Program-made: the position numbers and the translations under genes
Shown: positions 36,135 to 41,840 of the stretch, piece by piece
Position numbering within the stretch: position 1 is the stretch's first letter
Layout: each line of letters opens with the position of its first letter
DNA from: a virus
Lineage: Duplodnaviria > Caudoviricetes
DNA length: 41,840 bases
Reading direction: 5' to 3' (one strand)
Virus record (IMG/VR): IMGVR_UViG_3300044820_000026
Location: 1 to 41,840 of that record
The notes under the pieces: model-generated
Seen by the model: the letters and a program-made list of their open reading frames with translations, nothing else
Database searches by the model: none
Told to the model about the DNA's origin: nothing

Positions 36135-39100
36135 TGGGCAACATAGATAGTTTATACGAGGAACGCCAAACCGCTTCGGAGCTTCAAAGCAGTTTAGAGT
36201 GGTTACAGCAACAGGCCTCTATACTTCCGCAAGACGCTAAGGTTAAGCCCGACGCTTCCGCCGATATAGCGCCCCCTACACCTAATGTCGCGGCTAAATC
36301 CGATACGGAAACGCATACGGCTACGTCTTACCCTAGCGGTATTGCCCCTCAGCCATCGGCCCTAGGGAAAGCGGATGCCAGCGACCCTGAATTAGAGGCT
36401 ATGCTTAGAGGCGAGAAGCCTGAAGATGCTACCCGTACTTGGGTAGGTGCAGCGGGCGAGGTATTAGCCGCTCCTATACGTGGCGGCGTTAAGGCCGTAA
36501 ATGAGCTAGGCGGATCACTTATACGTACGTTCGTATTCGATCCTAAAGACTTCGCTGCGGGCGTAGATAAGTACCAAGACGTATTCGGCCCTATTAAGGA
36601 TGCAGAGGGCAATCCTGTACCTAGGGAACACGTTAACGATGTGCTATCGGGCATACAAGAAGGGTTCGACTACGGGCGTACGCTCCCTGAAATGCCGGAA
36701 GCTAAGAGCGTAGGCGGCAATATCGCGGCAGGCATAGCGCAGTTCATCGTAGGTATGAAGGGCATAGACAAGGCGTGGCGTGCGGCTAACGTAAGCTTAG
36801 ATGCTATGTCTACACTCACGCAGACCACGAGGGCGGCTAGGCAGTCCGAAGCTATGTTTACCCCTTTCCTAGTCAAAGGGGCGATGACTGACGCAACAGC
36901 CTTCGACGGTCATACGGATAACCTAGCTAACTTAGTACAGTCCTTTCCGGCGCTGCAAAACCCCGTAACCGAATATCTTGCTAGCGATCCTAACGACAGC
37001 CAAACACTAGGTAGGCTTAAAAACGCGATAGCTAACCAAATCGGTGTAGCTGCGGCAGAGCCGGTGCTTTCCGCTATTAGGTATAGCGCTACGTGGCTAC
37101 GTGAGTACCGTAAGGAACAGGCCGCAGTTAACGCTACTCAAACGCAAGCGCAAACTGACGTGGCTAAGCTCGCACAGCTTTCAGCGCAGGAGAAGCAATT
37201 CGCTATCCTAGGTGATGCCACTAAGGATGGTTGGACATTTTACGATAGGGACGCGGTTAAAGCTGCGGAAGAAGCTAAGAACCTTAAGTCTAACCAAATC
37301 CAGCCCGCGCCGGGAACTGCGCCATTAGACAATGGAAATCCGCTTAACTCTAAATTCTCGCAGGACCATGCAGGGGAGGGGACTACTACCCCGCAGCTAA
37401 CTACACCTGTAGAAATGGACCCCGAGATAGGCCGCGCTCGACCCAACTTTTTAGCTAATGGTAAGCGCTACGGTATCCAGTTCGATACGCCAGAGGACAA
37501 ATTAGCTTGGCTGGCCGAGACTGGCCACAAGCTAGGCGATAAAGCGCAAGAGCAGCTTAAGGCCGCAGGATGGACGCCGGAACAGGTAACGCGTATTGGC
37601 GATGCCATTTCGGCGCAGCTTAGCGATGCGGCGGGCGCTGCGGCCCCAGGAGATAAGACACTTAAGGTAGGGCCGACCGCTAGAGGAATATACGCCGACG
37701 ATATTCAGGCCAACTTAGGCGGGCCTCCGCTAGACATTTCTGCGAAGGCTATGCAGAAAGTTCAGTACGGCGAGGGCGATAGTGGATATGGTGTAATTAA
37801 CTTCGCAGCGCTTAAGGATCAACAGGGCATCCTTAGCGCTATCCGCCAAATGCAGGATACTTTCGATAAGCGCCCCGAAACTCGTACTTGGGCAGAAGTA
37901 ACTAACAAGGCCGAAGGCGTAGACGCTTTTGATGAAATCCTAAATGCGCCTAGGGACAGGCCCCCAGGCGATACGGAAATGATAGCCGCTAAACAGCTAT
38001 TAGCCGCATCGTACGCTAAGGTCTATAAGCTATCGGATATGGTGCTCACGGCCTCGTCCCAGGGTACGCTAGATAATACTATGCGCTTTGCATTTGCTCA
38101 AATGCTAGAGACGCATAGGCTTATATCTAATTACTGGAATTGGTCAGGTACGGAGGCGGCGCGGTCGCTGGCCATACGCAGGTCTAATATTGCCCTTGAT
38201 ACGGGGCAAACCATTAACCCTAGGCTTAAGGATATAGATAGAGCGTTAGGCACGATTGACGGGGTTAATAACCTTGAGTTTATCGCCGGGGCCGTTAAGT
38301 CCGCTATAGATAACGGCGGGGAAGCGGGTAAGCTAGCGCTTAATAAGGTACTTAATACGCAGGGCTATCTTGCCACGACTAACCGGATACTGCGCGAGAT
38401 TTGGATAAATGGCATACTTTCAAGCACCAAGTCTCTTGTAGTTAACGTCCTTAACCCCGCCGTGCTAGCGGTAAATCAAGCCGTAGAGCGCGGTATGATG
38501 GAAAGCATAGCAAGAGTAACGGGCGATGATACAGGCGTAGTATCTGGGCAAACCGGACAATGGCTATATGGAATGGGTCAAGCTGTTCCCGATGCGCTTC
38601 GCAATGCTAGGCAGGCCTTCACCTTTGGGGGCAGAGGCCGTGCATGGGGAGATATGTACGCACGTACCTCTACAGATCAAGCGGCCCTCCCTAGTCGCCC
38701 TAATGCCCTATCTGCGGCATACCTAGGAATAAAGGATAGTACGCCCTTCACTACGTCGATGGCGCGCGCTGTGGATATGCTAGGCGCTGTAGTCAACGCC
38801 CCCGTAAGAGCTAACTTAGCAGGAGACGAGTTTTGGTCTACGCTGTTTTACCGTGGCGAGTTACGCGCCCAAGCGTTTAGACAGGCCACGAACGAGGTAT
38901 CTTCGGGTAAAGTTAGGCCGGAAGATTTATCCTCTAGGATGCAGACCCTTATAGATACCTATAACGGTACGCAAGAGGCTCCCCTAGGGAAGCTCGCAAC
39001 AGAAGATGCACACTACAACACACTAACGAAGGGCCCCGGCGGCATAGGCAAAGTATTAGAAGGCATATCTAACCTAGGGACTAAGACCACCGGGCCGTTA

Positions 39101-40258
39101 GGCTGGCTATTTGTGCCGTTCCATACCATACCTGCTAATGTGTTAGACTATTCAATGTCTCGTACTCCGCTTAACCTGCTAACACAAAGGTCGCGCAGTG
39201 CCATTATGGCGGGAGGCGTAGAGGGCCAAAAGGAACTCGCTAAGACAATGGCGGGTAGCATGGTCATAGGCCTTGGTATTGATATGTACCAGCGCGGCGT
39301 TCTTACAGGTAGAGGCTCCGTCGATCCTAACGAGGCGCGGGCGCTTTCTAGGGAAGGCATTAAGCCCTACTCTGTTCGCCTAGGCGATACATGGTATAAC
39401 ATTAACCGACTAGATAACTTCGGCTACATGCTAGGCATGATCGGAGATATTGGAGACTACTACAGCTTTCTACACGATCAAGACGAGGATGTATATAAGG
39501 GCCTAACTATGGCCGTGTATCAAATGGGCCTCGCTATGACGAACTCCGTCATGAGTAAGTCATATTTTCAGGGTGTTATGAACTTGGATAGAGCGCAGCA
39601 GGACCCAAAGACTTGGGCTAAGTCCTACGTCTATAGTATGCTTAGCAGCTTCGTACCATACTCAGGTGCAGCAAACACGGTTAGTATGCTTAACGATGAT
39701 CTTATGCGCGAGGCCGGTAGTAGCTTGGAAGCGTGGGGTAGTAAGATACCGGGGCTTAACCCCACTGCGCCTAGGATAGATATGTTCGGTAGGGAAATGA
39801 CGGTTAGTCGTGGCACGTCGCAGACGTGGAACGCGCTTATGCCCTTAGAAATGTCCGCACATAATCCAGAGCCTATAGACGCTGAGCTTGTTAGGAATAA
39901 AATGTATTTCAAAATGCCTAGCAAGAAATTCGCAGTTGGGCCTGATGAAGTCGATATGTCTATGCGCCCCGACGTATACGCTAGATTTAACCAGCTAGCC
40001 GGGAATGAGATACAAGACCCTTATATGCGTATGGGATGCAAAGACCTACTTAATTCTATCGTAGAAGGAAGCTCTCCGTTATCGGCCTCCTATAATATGG
40101 CCAGTAGTGAAGGGGGTAACGATAGCGAGAAAGCCACAATGCTTAAGAACCTAATTGGGGGATACCGTAAACTAGCACAGCAGCAGATTATACAGGAATA
40201 CCCCGAGCTAGTACATCAAACACCGAAGGCTAAGATTTACGGAGTACCAGTGCAATGA
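36134..40258 (+). CDS. Large internal virion / ejection protein
   Basis: 1374 aa, helical; FVPFHTIPAN, KPYSVRLGDTWY, RIDMFGR; synteny. Confidence 0.8.
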   Translation: MGNIDSLYEERQTASELQSSLEWLQQQASILPQDAKVKPDASADIAPPTPNVAAKSDTETHTATSYPSGIAPQPSALGKADASDPELEAMLRGEKPEDATRTWVGAAGEVLAAPIRGGVKAVNELGGSLIRTFVFDPKDFAAGVDKYQDVFGPIKDAEGNPVPREHVNDVLSGIQEGFDYGRTLPEMPEAKSVGGNIAAGIAQFIVGMKGIDKAWRAANVSLDAMSTLTQTTRAARQSEAMFTPFLVKGAMTDATAFDGHTDNLANLVQSFPALQNPVTEYLASDPNDSQTLGRLKNAIANQIGVAAAEPVLSAIRYSATWLREYRKEQAAVNATQTQAQTDVAKLAQLSAQEKQFAILGDATKDGWTFYDRDAVKAAEEAKNLKSNQIQPAPGTAPLDNGNPLNSKFSQDHAGEGTTTPQLTTPVEMDPEIGRARPNFLANGKRYGIQFDTPEDKLAWLAETGHKLGDKAQEQLKAAGWTPEQVTRIGDAISAQLSDAAGAAAPGDKTLKVGPTARGIYADDIQANLGGPPLDISAKAMQKVQYGEGDSGYGVINFAALKDQQGILSAIRQMQDTFDKRPETRTWAEVTNKAEGVDAFDEILNAPRDRPPGDTEMIAAKQLLAASYAKVYKLSDMVLTASSQGTLDNTMRFAFAQMLETHRLISNYWNWSGTEAARSLAIRRSNIALDTGQTINPRLKDIDRALGTIDGVNNLEFIAGAVKSAIDNGGEAGKLALNKVLNTQGYLATTNRILREIWINGILSSTKSLVVNVLNPAVLAVNQAVERGMMESIARVTGDDTGVVSGQTGQWLYGMGQAVPDALRNARQAFTFGGRGRAWGDMYARTSTDQAALPSRPNALSAAYLGIKDSTPFTTSMARAVDMLGAVVNAPVRANLAGDEFWSTLFYRGELRAQAFRQATNEVSSGKVRPEDLSSRMQTLIDTYNGTQEAPLGKLATEDAHYNTLTKGPGGIGKVLEGISNLGTKTTGPLGWLFVPFHTIPANVLDYSMSRTPLNLLTQRSRSAIMAGGVEGQKELAKTMAGSMVIGLGIDMYQRGVLTGRGSVDPNEARALSREGIKPYSVRLGDTWYNINRLDNFGYMLGMIGDIGDYYSFLHDQDEDVYKGLTMAVYQMGLAMTNSVMSKSYFQGVMNLDRAQQDPKTWAKSYVYSMLSSFVPYSGAANTVSMLNDDLMREAGSSLEAWGSKIPGLNPTAPRIDMFGREMTVSRGTSQTWNALMPLEMSAHNPEPIDAELVRNKMYFKMPSKKFAVGPDEVDMSMRPDVYARFNQLAGNEIQDPYMRMGCKDLLNSIVEGSSPLSASYNMASSEGGNDSEKATMLKNLIGGYRKLAQQQIIQEYPELVHQTPKAKIYGVPVQ

Positions 40259-41840
40259 CCGTAGCTACCTCTACGAATGTCAATTCCTATAGTGGGGACG
40301 GCTCAACTACGGCGTTCCCTATTACGTATATGTTTCAGCAGAACGCCGACGTTCAAGTATCCGTTGAAGGTAGTATACTTGTCCTAGGGGCGGATTACAA
40401 CTTAACCGGGGCAGGCGTACCGTCCGGTGGTACGTGTACGTTTACTGTAGCCCCCGCAGCGGGTAAGAAGGTGGTGCTATTTAATAACCCCGCTTTAACC
40501 CAAACCGCTAACTTGGTGGACTACCAAACTCTGTTAGAGGCTACAGTAGGGAACTCGTTGGATAAGCTAACGATCCTTATGCAAGCATTAAACTCTAAGC
40601 TTAATTCAGTCATGACGTATAATAGCCTCGTGACTACGCCCACGTTTCAGGGTCAGGGCTATGAGATACAGAACATAGCTAAAGGCACCTTATCCACTAG
40701 CGCGGCTAGGGTAGACCAAATCCAAGCTATCGCAGCGGGAGCGGGCAACGTGCCAGGGCCTCTTGCAGCGGATAGTGGTAAGTCTCTACTAGCTACGGGG
40801 CTAAATGCCTTTCAATGGGGATGGGATACCGCTAAGGGCGTTCCCCTACAAATCTTTAATCCCGATCTAACCGGCGCTACTCCCTCTGATACGGCAGTGG
40901 CCGCAGCTATTGCTAAATGCGTGTCGATGGGGGATAAGCTTCTATTGGTCCCCGCAGGTACGGTTACACTGACTGGACCCGCAGTGTGCGGGGCTAACGC
41001 TATTCGGTTCGAAGGCCACGGCCCCAACACCAGTATTATACAAGCTACGGCGGGGACATTTGACTTGCTCACTTGGGAGGGCAGCGCACTAGACGGCGGC
41101 GTGCGGGGCATTAAGTTCCTTGCAACGGGCATGTCAGGCGGCAATATGCTAAGCGTAAAGCAACAGAAACGCTTTGTTATATCTGACTGCGTATTCGGTA
41201 ACGGATACAATGGCGTCTATATTGAAGATCAGAACGGCGTCTCTATGGAGCGGCTTACCTTTCAGAACCAAACCGGAGCGTATTCTATACGAAACCTAGG
41301 CACAGGCATAGGCAATGCTAACGTACTGGATATGCAGAACATAACTATAGGGTTCTCTACTAACACAGCGGGTTCGCCTAAAGGCATTGTGCTAGACGGC
41401 GCTGTGGCCACTATCGGAATTAGGCACTGCGCAGTAACTAAGGGCTATCGTGGGCTATCCGTAGAGAATACCCCTCTTTTAACAGGCGCGCTAACGTCAT
41501 TCATTACAGCCTATGACTTCGAAAGTGACTTCCCCTACGATAGTGCTCTATACATAGATCAGGGCGCAGGCGTATCTAGGACTAACCACTTTACGGATTG
41601 CTATTTTCACCAATCGCAATCCTCGGATAATATTTGGCTAGGTGCTAACACCGCTTACACTAGCATAAAAGGTGGTCTTAATACTGGCGCGTATAAGAGA
41701 GGTGTGTATCAGAAGGGTACGCACCTAAAGCTAACGGGGCAGCAAATAGCGGTAAATAGCCAAGCCGGTTCGGCCTTATGGTCCGGTGTAGAGCTAGGCG
41801 CGGCCTCATCGGGCAACCTTATATTTGGTAATTTGATCGG
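40255..41840 (+). CDS. Tailspike: T7 gp17-like anchor plus pectate-lyase-like beta-helix (missed by ORF track; open at window end)
   Basis: MTVATSTNVNSYSGDGSTTAFPITYMF.., LDKLTILMQ, DTAVAAAIA..LLVPAG, RFEGHG; ATGA overlap with previous gene. Confidence 0.85.
   Translation, partial: MTVATSTNVNSYSGDGSTTAFPITYMFQQNADVQVSVEGSILVLGADYNLTGAGVPSGGTCTFTVAPAAGKKVVLFNNPALTQTANLVDYQTLLEATVGNSLDKLTILMQALNSKLNSVMTYNSLVTTPTFQGQGYEIQNIAKGTLSTSAARVDQIQAIAAGAGNVPGPLAADSGKSLLATGLNAFQWGWDTAKGVPLQIFNPDLTGATPSDTAVAAAIAKCVSMGDKLLLVPAGTVTLTGPAVCGANAIRFEGHGPNTSIIQATAGTFDLLTWEGSALDGGVRGIKFLATGMSGGNMLSVKQQKRFVISDCVFGNGYNGVYIEDQNGVSMERLTFQNQTGAYSIRNLGTGIGNANVLDMQNITIGFSTNTAGSPKGIVLDGAVATIGIRHCAVTKGYRGLSVENTPLLTGALTSFITAYDFESDFPYDSALYIDQGAGVSRTNHFTDCYFHQSQSSDNIWLGANTAYTSIKGGLNTGAYKRGVYQKGTHLKLTGQQIAVNSQAGSALWSGVELGAASSGNLIFGNLI
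41587..41840. repeat. End overlap, copy 2
   Basis: Matches 1-254 with one mismatch. Confidence 0.95.

Noticed and set aside
40255-41840. BPP-1-type diversity-generating retroelement
   Set aside because: No reverse transcriptase and no TR/VR pair; the end overlap differs at one base only
1-41840. Amber recoding to explain TAG/CTAG richness
   Set aside because: Conserved genes are full length in the standard code, and several end correctly at TAG (e.g. scaffold, SprT)

Overview
Apparently complete, circularly permuted genome (41,586 bp unique plus a 254-bp end overlap) of a temperate podovirus with a BPP-1/epsilon15/T7-like virion module and no phage RNA polymerase. The host is probably an Alphaproteobacterium (inferred from GANTC avoidance, Caulobacter-type promoters and PhaR-like boxes). 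Layout: tailspike end and lysis genes (+, 1-2177); replication block with EndoVII HNH, SNF2-like helicase, VRR-NUC, PolA, SSB-like protein and primase-helicase (-, 2227-12581); a divergent two-gene island (+, 12874-13517); an early operon of small genes separated by palindromic repeats (-, 13534-18656); about 1.1 kb of control DNA; a second fibre module (+, 19819-21147); attP (3' half of tRNA-Lys) and a tyrosine integrase; then terminase, head, tail, ejection and tailspike genes (+, 22257-end). The most unusual signals are: (i) a gene-cassette array built on CTCTAA-palindrome-GTTAGYCAATTT repeats whose flanking motifs recur genome-wide in the sense direction; (ii) about 10-fold enrichment of CCTAGG together with near-total loss of GANTC; (iii) attP/int lying inside the late region with no recognisable CI repressor. 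All calls are by eye from motifs and synteny; no database search was run.
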